Shown here: positions 23,382 through 36,250 of the stretch, piece after piece
How the letters are laid out: the number at the start of each line of letters is the position of its first letter
Position numbering within the stretch: position 1 is the first letter of the stretch
From: Octopus sinensis
Taxonomy: Eukaryota
NCBI RefSeq assembly: GCF_006345805.1
Contig: NW_021832321.1
Coordinates: 1 to 38,433 of the forward strand
Direction: 5' to 3'
Length of the DNA: 38,433 bases
Made by a program: the position numbers and the translations under genes
Notes under the pieces: generated by a model
Seen by the model: the letters and a program-made list of their open reading frames with translations, nothing else
What the model was told of the DNA's origin: nothing
The model's database searches: none

Positions 23382-24036
23382 AGCAGATGCAAAAGAGAAG
23401 AATTATTATATGAATAGTAACAGGTAGACTGTTTGACGACCGATCATGTGAATAAAAATGGTGGGTTATGTCTGACATGACACAAACACATATTTACACA
23501 TGATTCCCCCACCCACACACATACAGGTACTAACTTTGTGAGAGTGTCTGTGTGTGTGTACATATATACATACATACACACACACATACGTATACATGTA
23601 TATATATATATAAATGGAGTTAAACGCAGGTGTTATTCAAATTATTTTACTTCTGACACGTGTTTCGAAGACATCATTCGTATTATTCCAAAGGAATAAA
23701 ATGGTGTAAAACAACGTAGTCTTCTCTTCAGGGAAATAAAGAAATAAAACTCGTTAAAAGGACATTTTAACAGAATATAATTGATATGTATAGTGATGAA
23801 CTGCACGCTATAATTTTTTAAAAATTCGTTAGAGGGTATAACGTCAAATGTATCCTATAGAAAGACGAGGGTTAAAGGAAAGAAAAAAAGCAGAAACCAA
23901 ATAAATGAGAAATATAGAACGATATGTGAATTAAATAAAAGCCTAAATCTTGGAAAAATGCATCTTGTGGGCATATAAATATATATATACAGATACATAG
24001 ATATATTGATTGAGAGATATAGACATATATACTCAC

Positions 24037-24068
<32 letters not shown>

Positions 24069-24357
24069 GAATATGAATATCAATATATATATATATATAT
24101 ATATACACATACATACATATATATATTGCATTATATATATGTACGCATATATACATATATATACGCATATGTATACATATATATGCATATATATTATTCA
24201 TACATAACCGATATACATGCATATATAACAACACACACACCACATTATATATATATAATATATATATATATATATTTATCATGCGAATATACTCATTCAT
24301 TACACATATGAAAATATTTATGTGTACGTATGTCTATATACACACATATGTATTGGA

Positions 24358-24423
<66 letters not shown>

Positions 24424-24890
24424 TATATGTATATGACAGATAACTGCATAAATGCATGCATGATAATACACGCATGTATAGTCACACCATTGAGTATACA
24501 GAAGCGTATAAAATATAGAGACTGGAGAGGTAGGCTGTTCGGCATAAAAGATAATGCAAGAATTAATGAATGTTCCATACACTGATTGATCGATTGATTG
24601 ATACGAACGGACGTTGCAGCTGTTGCTGTTGCTGCTGCCGTTGCTGCTGCTGCTGCTGTAGTGCATGCTAGTAGCAGTTTGATTCACATATCACAGCAAC
24701 CCTAATAGCAACAACAGCAACAAAAAATAACAATAATAACAATGGCGACGATGACGATGGCGATGGTTGCCGCTCTGAGGACGAGAACGGCGGCGCCGTC
24801 GCCTCCGACGACGACGACAGAGGCAGCCGCAACCGTTGCGTTAGATTTTCTGGGATGAATTCCTCTACAGAATCCTCTTAGAAATGGAAC

Positions 24891-25317
24891 AGATCTTTTC
24901 TGTTTTAACGGCAGTTTTTAACATAATTTCTAGGTAACTAAAAAATTCTAAACTTCGTATATTGGTAGAATGTGTTTATAAAACATCTTTTTCTCTTGGC
25001 TTTATTGAGAAAATTATGTAGTTTGTAAGATATTTTTTGTTATTTTCCTTCAGTTTCTGCAATTTCAACCAATCAGTGACGTCTATTGAAGTAAAAAACA
25101 TTCTGTGCCGTATGAATATGAACCTCGTTTAAGAAACAGATTGGGTTTATTTACATTTTTGAAGAAAAAAAGATATCCTTTCCTCACCCCTAACCCTAAC
25201 CCTAACTAACCCTAAAACAGATGAAAATGCAATAGATCGATACTTGGGTCATAATTATGGGTGACAATTTCATATGACACCGCTAGAAAAAAACTGCCGT
25301 TCAAACAGAAAAGATCC
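24891..25317 (-). mobile_element. Complete GGATC-TIR MITE, 8-bp TSD
   Basis: TSD AATGGAAC at 24883-24890 and 25318-25325. Internal CCCTAA repeats at about 25188-25215. Confidence 0.95.
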
Positions 25318-25465
25318 AATGGAACTCATGCTGGCAGAAGTTTAACTAGATACCTGGTAATTTTTCAAACTGTAAATTTTTGTGCTTGGATCTATGAAGA
25401 AGGCCTACATGCTAGATATAACAACGAGATTGCATTCAAATCACTCCTCTATAATTTTTAGAATA

Positions 25466-25809
25466 TTGCGGCGGAGACCCCCTTCGGCCATGACTGACCA
25501 TGGGATTGCAACTAGGAAGTTACCCTCCCAGGCACAAGTCCGGGCAAGGTTGTTTATGGAAGACCAGCAGTCACCCATGCATATCGGCCTCTCCTCTCCA
25601 CGCCATATGTTTTATCCAAGGGAAAGGCAAAGGCCGCTACAGCTTGGCATCTGTGACGTCGCAACTCATTTCTACAGCTGAGTGAACTGGAGCATCGTGA
25701 AATATAGTGTCTTGCTCAAGAACACAACACGCAGCCCAGTCCGGGATTCGAACTCACAACATCACGATCGTGAGCTCGATGCTCTAACCACTGAGCCATG
25801 CGCCTTCAC
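25466..25809 (-). mobile_element. tRNA-derived SINE (CORE/V-like TTGAGCAAGACACT segment) with TSD
   Basis: Minus strand GAAGGCGCATGGCTCAGTGGTTAGAGC...GAGTTCGAATCCCGG (A/B boxes). TSD AATTTTTAGAATA at 25453-25465 and 25810-25822. Confidence 0.9.
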
Positions 25810-25870
25810 AATTTTTAGAATAATATATGATATTAATGGTAAACCTGTTTAGGGTGACATATATATTTCT

Positions 25871-26094
25871 TTACTACCCACAAGGGGCTAATTACAGACG
25901 GGACAAACAAGGACAGACAAACGGATTAAGTCGATTACATCGACACCAGTGCGTAACTGGTACTTAATTTATCGACCCCGAAAAAATGAAAGGCAAAGTC
26001 GACCTCGGCGGAATTTAAACTCCGAACGTAACGACAGATGAAATACGGCTACACACTTCGCCCGGCGTGCTAACGGTTCTGCCAGCTAACCGCC
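25871..26094 (-). mobile_element. Meta-like SINE, second full copy
   Basis: Aligns end to end with 20071-20297. Confidence 0.92.
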
Positions 26095-26204
26095 AGATAA
26101 TTATTCAAACTGTGAACGCTTGTACGTGAGTGCATGTGGATGCCTGACATGCTAGATATAACAGTCAATTTACGTTCAAATCACTTCTCTATAATCTTTA
26201 GAAC

Positions 26205-27542
26205 ATCACCATCATCATCATCATCATTAGCATCATCAGCATCAGCATCACCACCATCATCATCATCATCATCACCATCATCAACATCATCAACATCATC
26301 AATATCATCACCATCATGTACATCACCATCAACACCACTATCATGAACATCATCATCATTACCATCATCATCATCATCATCATCATCATCACCATAACCA
26401 CCATCATCATCAACACAACCATCATGAACATCACCATCATCATCATCATCATCATCATCACCATAACCACCATCATCATCAACACAACCATCATGAACAT
26501 CACCATCATCATCTTCATCATCATCATCATCATCACCATCAATCCATTATCACCACCATCATCATCATCTCATCATCACCACCATCATCATCATCAACAG
26601 CATCAGCATCACCACCATCATCATCACCATCATCATCACCATCATCGTCGTCACTGTTGTCATCCTCATCACCACCACCAGCAACACTACCACCACCACC
26701 ACCATCATCACTCTCCTGACCATCATCATCATCATCCTCATCATCATCTCCTTTGTGGTTCTCTCCCTCTCCCTCTCTATCTGGTTATCTTTATCGAGAT
26801 CGCCGTCATCATGCAATTCCCCCATCCGCTTCACCACTACCACCAACACCACCACCGTAATCGTCAAACAAATCTGATAACATCTATACCACCACACCAC
26901 CACCACCACCACCACCACCACCACCACCACCACCACCACCACCAGTAGCAGCACCAGCAGCATTAACAGCAGCAGCACCAGCACCAGCAGTCGCAGCAAA
27001 AAGAAATAAGACAGCTGCAAGAGCAGCTGACAAATACTGATGCTCTAAGGTAGTTTCAACCGAAGCAGCAGCAGCAGCAGCAGCAGCAGCGGCAGCAGCA
27101 GTAGTAGTTGTTGTAGTAGTATTTGGGTGGTAGTGGTGGTGGTAGTGTTTGTGTTAGTGGAGGTTGTAGTGATGATGCCTGTAGTAGTGGCAGTGGTGGT
27201 CTTAGTTGTGGTGGAGCTGGTTGTAGTAGTAGTAGTAGTATTAGTATTAGTAGTAGTTTTGTTGTTGTTGTTGTGGTGGTGGTGGTTGTGGTGGAGACGG
27301 TTGTAGTAATAGCATTATTATTATTATTATCATTAGTAGTAGTAGCAGTAATAGCAGTATTAGTAGTGGCAGTAGCAGCAACCACAGCACCAGCAGCAGT
27401 AGTAGTAGTAATAATAGTACTAGTAATAGTGGTAGTAGTAGTAGCAGCAGCAGCAGCCATAGAGGTAGTAGTAGTAGTAATTTTGGTGGTGGTGGTGGTA
27501 GTAGCAGCAGCAGTTGTAGTAGTAGTAGTAGTAGTAGTAGTA

Positions 27543-27577
<35 letters not shown>

Positions 27578-27594
27578 TAGTAGTAGTAGTAGTA

Positions 27595-27633
<39 letters not shown>

Positions 27634-28114
27634 GTAGTAGTAAAGGCCTTACAGTTACTCTTGCTTACAGAAGGAACAACAATAAACAAAAATAACGGCA
27701 AAAAGACACAAAAAAAATAATGAACTGCGATTCAACAATGACGACATGATAACAGCAACAACAACAACAACAACAACAGGTAAAACAGCAGCAGCAGCGA
27801 CAACAACAATAACAGAGTCCATAAGTCAATGAGGAAGTGTCTATGCAGTCATTGGGTATGCTAGACATAGCAGCGAAATTTGACTGGAATGAAGCCTTAT
27901 TCGTGTTAAGGTAACGAGAAGTATTCGTCGGAATGTATATGGTGTTGGGGGTTCTATGTACAGACAGATAAACGATTTTATGGTAACTGGCACGGATGGA
28001 TCGCCTTGTTTGTTTTAGGTGATAGTCGGTCACGGCTGACTTCAGGCTAATGATAACATTATGAGCTGAGCTGAAGAACAGAAACAGTAGTATCTTGATC
28101 ATCATCATCACCGC

Positions 28115-28145
<31 letters not shown>

Positions 28146-28558
28146 GTCGTCGTCGTCGTTGTCATCACCATCATCATCGTTTTCGTCGTCATCATCATCA
28201 TCATTATCACCGCCATCATCATCATCGTCGTCGTCATCACCATCATCATCGTTTTCATCGTCGTCGTCTTCATCATCATCGTCGTCGTCGTCGTCGTCAT
28301 CATCACCATCATCATCCTTTTCGTCGTCATCATCACCATCATCATCACCACTACCATCATCATCATCATCATCATCATCATTATCATCATCCTCATCATC
28401 CTCATCATCATCATCATCATCACCATCATCATCACCACCACCATCATCATCATCATTATCATCATCATCATCATCATCATCTCATACATCATCATCATCA
28501 CTACAATCACCACCACAATCATCATCACCATCTCATCATCATCATCATATCATCATCC

Positions 28559-28610
<52 letters not shown>

Positions 28611-28819
28611 CATCATCATCATCATCATCATCATCTCATCATCATCATCATCACATCACCATCATCATCACCATCATCATCTCACCATCATCATCATCAT
28701 CGGCATCATCATCATCGCCGTCGGCGTCATCAACATCACCAGCAAACATCCCCATCGTCGTCGTCGTCATCGTCATCGTAATCATCATCAAGAATAACAA
28801 CAATCGCAACAACAACAAC

Positions 28820-28855
<36 letters not shown>

Positions 28856-29355
28856 ACCAACATCGGTAGCTTTGGAGTAGTAGCTGTGAGAGCAGGAAAA
28901 TAGAACGGCAGCAGCAGCAACAGCAGCAGCAATAGCAGTAGCAGCAGCAACAAAAAACAACAATACCAACAGCAACAACAACATTCTACAACAACAACTG
29001 CAACAACAAGACTGGCAGCGACAACAGCAGGAACCGTAGCAGCGCCCAAAGCAGTTGGATGTGACAATTTCTTTACGCATTTTTCTGCTGCCGCGTTTTT
29101 GTTCGGTTACAATGGCTGCTGCTAGTGATCAAAAATATCATCATCATCATCATCATCGCCATCACTGTCGTCGTCGTCATCCTCACCATCGTCACCACCA
29201 CAATCATCATTATCATCATCATCATCATCATCATCATCATTATTAACACCATCACCATCATCATTAACACCATCACCATCACTATCGTCAACATCATCAT
29301 CAGCAGCAGCATTCATCAACATCATCATCAACATCATCATCATCATCATCATCAA

Positions 29356-29386
<31 letters not shown>

Positions 29387-29504
29387 GTCATTAACATCAT
29401 CACCATCACCATCATCATCGTTATCATCATCCCCATCATCATCATCACTACAATCACCACCACAATCATCATCATCATCATCATCATTATCATTAACATC
29501 ATAG

Positions 29505-29540
<36 letters not shown>

Positions 29541-29565
29541 CCATCATTATCATCATCATCATTAA

Positions 29566-29598
<33 letters not shown>

Positions 29599-29695
29599 TA
29601 ACACCATCACCATCATTATCATCAACATCATCATCAGCATCATCATCGTTATCATCATCCCCATCATCATCCCCATCATCATCACTACAATAATA
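26205..29695. repeat. Cryptic trinucleotide field (CAT/CAC/AGT/CAG)n with higher-order 60-81-bp repeats
   Basis: CATGAACATC recurs at 26342, 26423 and 26492. CATCACCATCATCATC(G/C)TTTTC recurs three times within 28160-28325. Confidence 0.95.
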
Positions 29696-30435
29696 ATAAG
29701 AACATGTTAAAAACTCTTATTATTATCAAAGAATGTATATATATATATATATATATAAGAATGAATATGTTTTTATATATAATGAAGTGAATCAGGAAGG
29801 GACGAACACGGAACACAGACAAACAATCATTCGAAGCCTTCAATCTTCAGTCAGACACCGAATCATCATAGCAAATTTCGGCTGTTCAATTCTGATATTT
29901 GCTCCAACTCGGCCAGCCCCAGAAAAAAACTAAGCTGTAAGCATTAGATTTCTTGGTAGAAGACAGGAATGTGACGCACAAGACGGATGTGAATACAAGA
30001 GACGAAAACGAAATGAAAACAGTAATGAAAAAACAAAACATATATAACGATGGTTGTCATACGACTTTAGACCAAATGAGACCAAACAACAACAACAACA
30101 TAGCAGCTGGCGTAGAAATAATTACCGTTTTCGGTAGCGGGGACACATGTTGGTCGAGATACGAAGGCCAACAGAATGGTTGAAGAAGCAGCAGGTCGCA
30201 GGAGAGAGAGAAAGATATAATATATAATATATATATATATATTATATATATATATATAGATATATATAACAAAGTGAAGTTGTAAGGTACCGCACGAGTG
30301 GAATATAATGTGAAAAGGTTTGAATACAATTTTAAAAGATATTATTTACTTGACCGGTTTCACTTTTTTAGAAAAGATTTCAAAAGTAAAATGTAAAAGC
30401 TTGTTTGTGTTAGGTACTGGTTGTCACAAAATATT

Positions 30436-30478
<43 letters not shown>

Positions 30479-30783
30479 ATATATATATAAGCAATTAAGG
30501 ACAACTACTTAATAAGGAAAACTTAACAAGAAATTGTCAGGTAGATAGCGTGAAAACCTCATAAGAGAAAAAATTTCGAAAATAATTATTTCTTATTGAA
30601 CATATTAATTTATATATAGAGGGCATTATACATACATGCCAGAAGGCATTATACATACATGCCAACACGCTAAGAGGGACAATTAGTCATTTCTACCAAA
30701 AATATTACTAATCCCACCGAATGCAATATATATATATATATATATATGTATATAATTTGATTAAGCACCATGCATCCATTTCC

Positions 30784-30830
<47 letters not shown>

Positions 30831-30919
30831 TTTGTGTGTGTAGAAAGCCCGCAGTATACATAGGAAACTCACCGTGCACGCAAGAGCGGACACAAGCACA
30901 CAGAGACACACAAACACAC

Positions 30920-31080
30920 GACGAACTTCCTCACAGTTTCCGGCTATCAAATCCAATCACAGGCATTGATCGGCTTTGGGCTATAAAAGAAATTACTTGC
31001 CGAAATTGCCGCGCAGTAGTAGGACTGAACCAAAAGCCTTACGGTTGCGAAGCTACCTGCTTAACCACAAAGTCTATGAC
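30920..31080 (-). mobile_element. Degenerate SINE head/CORE
   Basis: CAGTTTCC...ACTTGCC....GGACTGAACC...TTAACCACA matches the minus-strand copy at 36957-37114. Confidence 0.65.
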
Positions 31081-31339
31081 TCCAATAATAGGCATAAATC
31101 AAGGAGCATAGTTTCATAACACGACCCCTTTTCAGTTCGGTAAATAATCCTTCAAAATCTACTTAAGAGTTGAAGAGTCTGTAAGCATGTTGCTTCCCTA
31201 TAAGCTAATTGTTGCTAATTTAGGTCGTTGCTAATTTCCTCTGAATTTCGATTTTACTTCGTCATTAAATCTCAAGACGAGAATCCAATTTTCAATTAAA
31301 ATATTGATTTATTGCATCCTTATAATAATCGCTGACTTT

Positions 31340-31372
<33 letters not shown>

Positions 31373-31373
<1 letters not shown>

Positions 31374-31742
31374 AGAGTATCTCAACAGGCATGATAGAGC
31401 TGCACAATATATTCACTGGGTAATTTGCAGAAGCCTGGACTTGCCCCATGATAAAATCTGGTGGGAACACAAACCACCTCCAGTGCTTGAAAATGACCAC
31501 ATCTCACTACTCTGAAACTTCACCATTCAAACTGACAGAAAGGCCAAACATCATAGTAAAAGACTTCAGACAAAAAAACATGCCTTTTCATTGATATGAC
31601 TGTCCCAATCGATATAAACGTATCTGTTAAGACCTACTAGAAACTGAGGAAATATAAAGATCAGGAAATAGAAATCAGCAAAATGTGGAACTTGCAGACT
31701 AAAACAATACCTGTTGTCATAAATGCCCTGGGAATGATAGCA
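31373..31742 (+). pseudogene. Non-LTR retrotransposon C-terminal restriction-like endonuclease fragment (R4/Dong/NeSL-type)
   Basis: Translates YLNRHDRAAQYIHWVIC...WWEHKP..VLEND..LL*NFTIQTDR / RPNIIVKD / CLFIDMTVP.D....KTY*KLRKYKD..EI.KMW....IPVVINALG. This is the RHD..PD..D..K..KY pattern of RLE domains. Confidence 0.88.
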
Positions 31743-32097
31743 ACCCTAACGCTAACTAACCCTAACCCTAAAACATATTGATATCTTGCAAACAACTTGC
31801 ACATGCAAGTGCTACCAGTTAAAAGCTCCGTATATCGGAAGCTAGCAAGTGTATGGGGTCATCAGGAGAGAATGCGCGCCGTTTTGGGGCCTACCTCTCG
31901 ACGGCATCAATGCGCACCGGATCCCCTCACTGATATGAGGCCCCGCTTGCTAGATCAGCTGGTTATGAAGAACTCAATATACTTCTAGCCATCGCTCATC
32001 GTCTTTTTTTAACCAAATCGTTACTAGGGTCATAATTATGGGTGACAATTTCATATGACACCGCTAGAAAAAACTGCCGTTCAAACCGAAAAGATCC
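31742..32097 (-). mobile_element. Partial GGATC-TIR MITE split by a ~240-bp GC-richer insert
   Basis: 31742-31780 = AACCCTAA..CCCTAAAACA (MITE internal). 32023-32097 = ACTAGGGTCAT...GAAAAGATCC (MITE end). Unrelated sequence lies between them. Confidence 0.8.
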
Positions 32098-32667
32098 AGT
32101 CTAGGAACAGTTTATATAATCATTTGGAAGAATGTTGCGCTTCCGTTTAATCTTCGGACTTGAAGAATCTGCCATCCTCATCAATGTCATTTCTTTCTTT
32201 CATAGAGTGTTAGTAGAAGATTCGCATTAGCTCTCTCTGAGAAAATATAACAAAACGCCCACAGTTGATTTCGAACACACCTGTTTTAAGTTACAAGGCC
32301 AACCTGACCTTGCTAATTATACAATACACTTCAATTTATATAAATTTTTTCATGTATGTTGAATATCCTTTAATATAACAAGTTTTTTTTGTACATTTCA
32401 TATTCTTAAATAAATTTTTCCTTCTGTAAAAATTATGAATAATAGTTTTTTTTTTATTTAGTTTGTTCAAAAAAAAAAAAGAGAATTTTAACCGAGAATG
32501 TCAAAATAATTAAAGTTCTATACAGGGAGGAAACATGTCAAAAAAATTGGTAGAAGTTAATGGGAATATAGAAGAAATTTTATAGAATCAAGCGTGGCGT
32601 ACAACAGGGTGGTCTCCGGATTCTCTCCCTCTTTCTCTCTCGCTCTTTTTATGCGTATATACATGTA

Positions 32668-32715
<48 letters not shown>

Positions 32716-33134
32716 TATATATATATATATATATATAGATAGATAGATGCACATGCATGTGTGTATAAATGAACGCATATATATATATATACATATATAT
32801 GTCTGTGTGTGCGTGTGCATGTATGATGATACTAAAGTTTTTCGTTCATTCTCCCCGATCTTTTTATGCACCTATCTTTTCCCTGACTCACAAACTCCGG
32901 TATTTCACACACCCACAAAATACACACACACACACACACACACACACCACACACACACACCACACACACACACAGCGCACACATGCACCAAACAATTTTT
33001 TCTATTAGGATTACATGAAATAGTAGCAGGTAAAACTAAAATGTGTGAAAGCGAATACAATGTGAATCGGATAAAAAATAAAATTTAATGAAAATAAGCA
33101 AAATGAAAAATGATTTTTATATTTTTATCCTATA

Positions 33135-33528
33135 CTAGCAGTATCGCCCGGCGTTGCTCGGGTTTGTAAGGGAGATAACTATATAAGCATTTTTAGAGAT
33201 GTAAAGTATAATAGCCATCTCAATATGGCTAACCACAAAGGGGGGTGTTACTGTAGCTTTTTACGTTCTGAGATTTAATAATAAATTTTTAGAGAGTTAC
33301 TTCCCTTATATATGCCAAAAATGCATTAAAAATGTGAAAAATTGATGGTAATTTTTTTTTTAATCGTAGACTCATCGTAGACGCGCGCTAATACCCAGAA
33401 GGGCTCGATATGAATCATGACTATAAGATACCCGGTTTTGGTTAAACTGCACCGCAAAATCTGGGAGTAGTTAGGAATCTAAATCGTAGGAGACAGACAG
33501 CACACAACCTCTCTTTTATATATAAAGA
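33135..33528 (-). mobile_element. Non-autonomous Helitron, 394 bp
   Basis: Minus strand A|TCTTTATATATAAAAG...ACCCGAGCAACGCCGGGCGATACTGCTAG|T. The last 29 nt are 26/29 identical to the 7388-7416 end. Confidence 0.9.
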
Positions 33529-33791
33529 TTTCAATATTTCAGCTTTAAGTCTCCCTCGTCAAGAAAAAAGAAAATACATTTCTTATGGTTCAGGCAAGAG
33601 TTTCTACGTGGGACCAGAAGCAGGTTTTGACATATGCGCAAATTCCTAGTTTTATATATTGTAATTAGGGTCATGTAACTCTTGTCCGGTATTTTAGGAG
33701 GGAACTTTACTTGTTTTATTAGAATCATTTGTGTGATTGTCAAATAACCGATATTCCATTCTCTAGTATTACCTTTGATTGCAAGCGTAAT

Positions 33792-34106
33792 GATTCCCCG
33801 TAAAATTAATATTTTTCATCCTTCATTTACGCTGGGAATATACATCACCTATGTTCCACAAATGGTCATAGACTCTTCAAATTTTCCACATAATGAGTAA
33901 TGTCACCCCTAGGGGACGAAAACACCTTCTTGTGTGTGTGTATGTGAGTGAACAGGCCTTTTTCTTGATTCCCCTTAAAATCAATATTTTTCATCCTTCG
34001 TTCACGCTGGAAATATACATCGCCTATGTTCCAGAAATGGTCATAGACTTTTCAGATTTTCCACATAATGAGTAATGTCACCCCTGGGGGACGAAAACAC
34101 CTTCTT
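33792..34106 (+). repeat. 140-bp direct repeat pair with 35-bp spacer
   Basis: 33792-33931 versus 33967-34106, both GATTCCCC...GGGGACGAAAACACCTTCTT, with scattered substitutions. Confidence 0.92.
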
Positions 34107-35062
34107 ACAGGTAGATAACAGGCACCCACGATCGTTGCTTCAAGTGACTTTACACTTGATGACGTAGTTATGCTACTTATCATGAAAATCACGAAACAGT
34201 ATCAGTATTTTTCAGTCGATAACTGATGAAGAGTTACGGTCCTTTTGTGTCTGTTCTACGTGTACGTTTTGTAGTATTTAATGCAGTTTTCATTTAACTG
34301 AATGCAACTCATCCCGACTTTTCTTAACACAAAATTTATATGTATATATATTTTTATGTGTGTGGGTGTATGTGAGTGCGTGTACGGTTATTTAGTTTTA
34401 GTTCAAGAAAGCCAATAGAAAAAGATCCGGTTTCTAACCTAGAACCAATACTCCTTCATTGGAATTTCAACAACATCGACACCATATTTTGACATGTATG
34501 TAGGTACGTGTGTAGTATTTGGAGCCAGTGCGTGTGTAGATTTGTACGTTTTGTGTTATGCATTTATTTTTATTCTCATTTATTTATATGTTTATGTATA
34601 ACTTTCTGTCTGTATGTATGTACAAAGTAATATAAAATGGAAGATATAGCATACAAGGACATTTTGGCTAAAAAAAAATATTGGATATATAGAAATATAA
34701 ATTCAAGAAAAAAATTAATAAAAGTATTAATAAAATTATTTCTGAATTCTTCCTGAATATGGCAACAAATAGCAGGTTCCAAATATAAAGAAAAGAAGAA
34801 GAACAAAAGCATGGCAAAAGAATATTTCGAATATGGATTCTACATTACTGCTCCATTGATTTTTCTTTCAAAATAGTGTAGCAGAAATACTGCAGACCAT
34901 TTTGACTGTATAAAACTTAGTGATGTACTCTTTGACGCAGGATACCTATTTAGGTTCGGAATACATTTTAATATGGAGAAGAATATATTAAATCTTGATA
35001 CCATCACGTTTAATCGAAGATTTATTCGTAATATGTATATGCAGAAACTCTGTATATATATA

Positions 35063-35905
35063 CGAGGGTGCATTGCAGACATTTTGAGAATTTTGGTGGG
35101 GAGAGGCAGTTATAATCGTCCAAAATTATTGTGATTTTAGTATATTACTACTACATATATAGCAAGCTGATCTGCTCACTTTTGTTATGCTAGGATGAAG
35201 GAGACAGCTGTAACTGCACTTTGCAGATACTACTAAATGGAAGCACTCCGTCGGTTACGACGACGAGGGTTCCGGTTGATCCGAATCAACGGAACAGCCT
35301 GCTCGTGAAATTAACGTGTAAGTGGCTGAGCACTCCACAGACACGTGTACCCTTAACGTAGTTCTCGGAGATATTCAGCGTGACACTGAGAGTGACAAGG
35401 CCGGCCCTTTGAAATGCAGGTACAACAGAAACAGGAAGTAAGAGTGAGAGAAAGTTGTGGTGAAAGAGTACAGCAGGGATCACCACAATCCCTGCCGGAG
35501 CCTCGTGGAGCTTTAGTTGTTTTCGCTCAATAAACACTCACAACGCCCGGTCTGGGAATCGAAACCGCGATCCTATGACCGCGAGTCCGCTGCCTTAACC
35601 ACTGGGCTATTGCGCCTCCACACTACTAAATATTGCTTGTCTCACTGGTCTAATTTGTAGAATGTAGTCGAGATGTGAAGAGTGTTTGGAAGTTCGGTAT
35701 GCAATAACGCTCTGTGTAACAGTGGGCAAAAATGCTACAGAATCTTATGAGATGCTCCAGATTGTTAACGGATTAGCTTGTATGAGTCGAGCATTTTTTT
35801 ACTGGAACAGGAGTCTAGGCAAAGCATGCCCACCAGTACAAGAGTAACGGTTCATTAACAACAAATACGAGATCTCGGGACTAAACGAATTCCACGCTGC
35901 GAGAT
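35063..35905 (+). mobile_element. mariner 5' relic with nested SINE
   Basis: TA|CGAGGG terminus at 35061-35068. From 35662 it reads M*SRCEECLEVRYAITLCVTVGKNATESYEMLQIVNGLACMSRA, matching the mariner N-terminal HTH pattern. Confidence 0.78.
35239..35621 (-). mobile_element. tRNA(Arg-like)-derived SINE, copy 2, with TSD
   Basis: Homologous to 34-434. TSD ACTACTAAAT at 35229-35238 and 35622-35631. Confidence 0.95.
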
Positions 35906-36122
35906 TTTGGCTTTGCTTATATGTCCAAATGTTCACTAATTTCTTGTCTACCCAATATATTAACGTGCAGTCAATATCACAGACCAAAACATGAATGAAT
36001 ACAGAAATTGCATTTACTAATAAATACAAAATACGGCTGAACATGCTATAAAAACATCAGGAGTACATGATTCGTTATTTACTATGAATGCTATCCAAGG
36101 TTGTATAAAGCTTTTATACACA

Positions 36123-36250
36123 GAGACCGACAGAATACGTCGCAAGTTTTCGAAGAATAATTCTCGGATCGATTCGTTCGATTAAAATTCTTCAAGGTGG
36201 TGCCTCGGCATGGCCACAGTCTAAGGACTGAAACAAGTAAATAATAAAAG
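36123..36250 (+). mobile_element. SINE 3' fragment
   Basis: GAGACCGACAGAATA...CTTCAAGGTGGTGCC..GCATGGCC...GACTGAAACAAGTAA, as in 18731-18945. Confidence 0.65.

Noticed and set aside
26198-29685. His/Ser/Met-rich ORFs up to 288 aa
   Set aside because: They derive from (CAT)n-type repeats open in several frames on both strands, with no domain or splice support.
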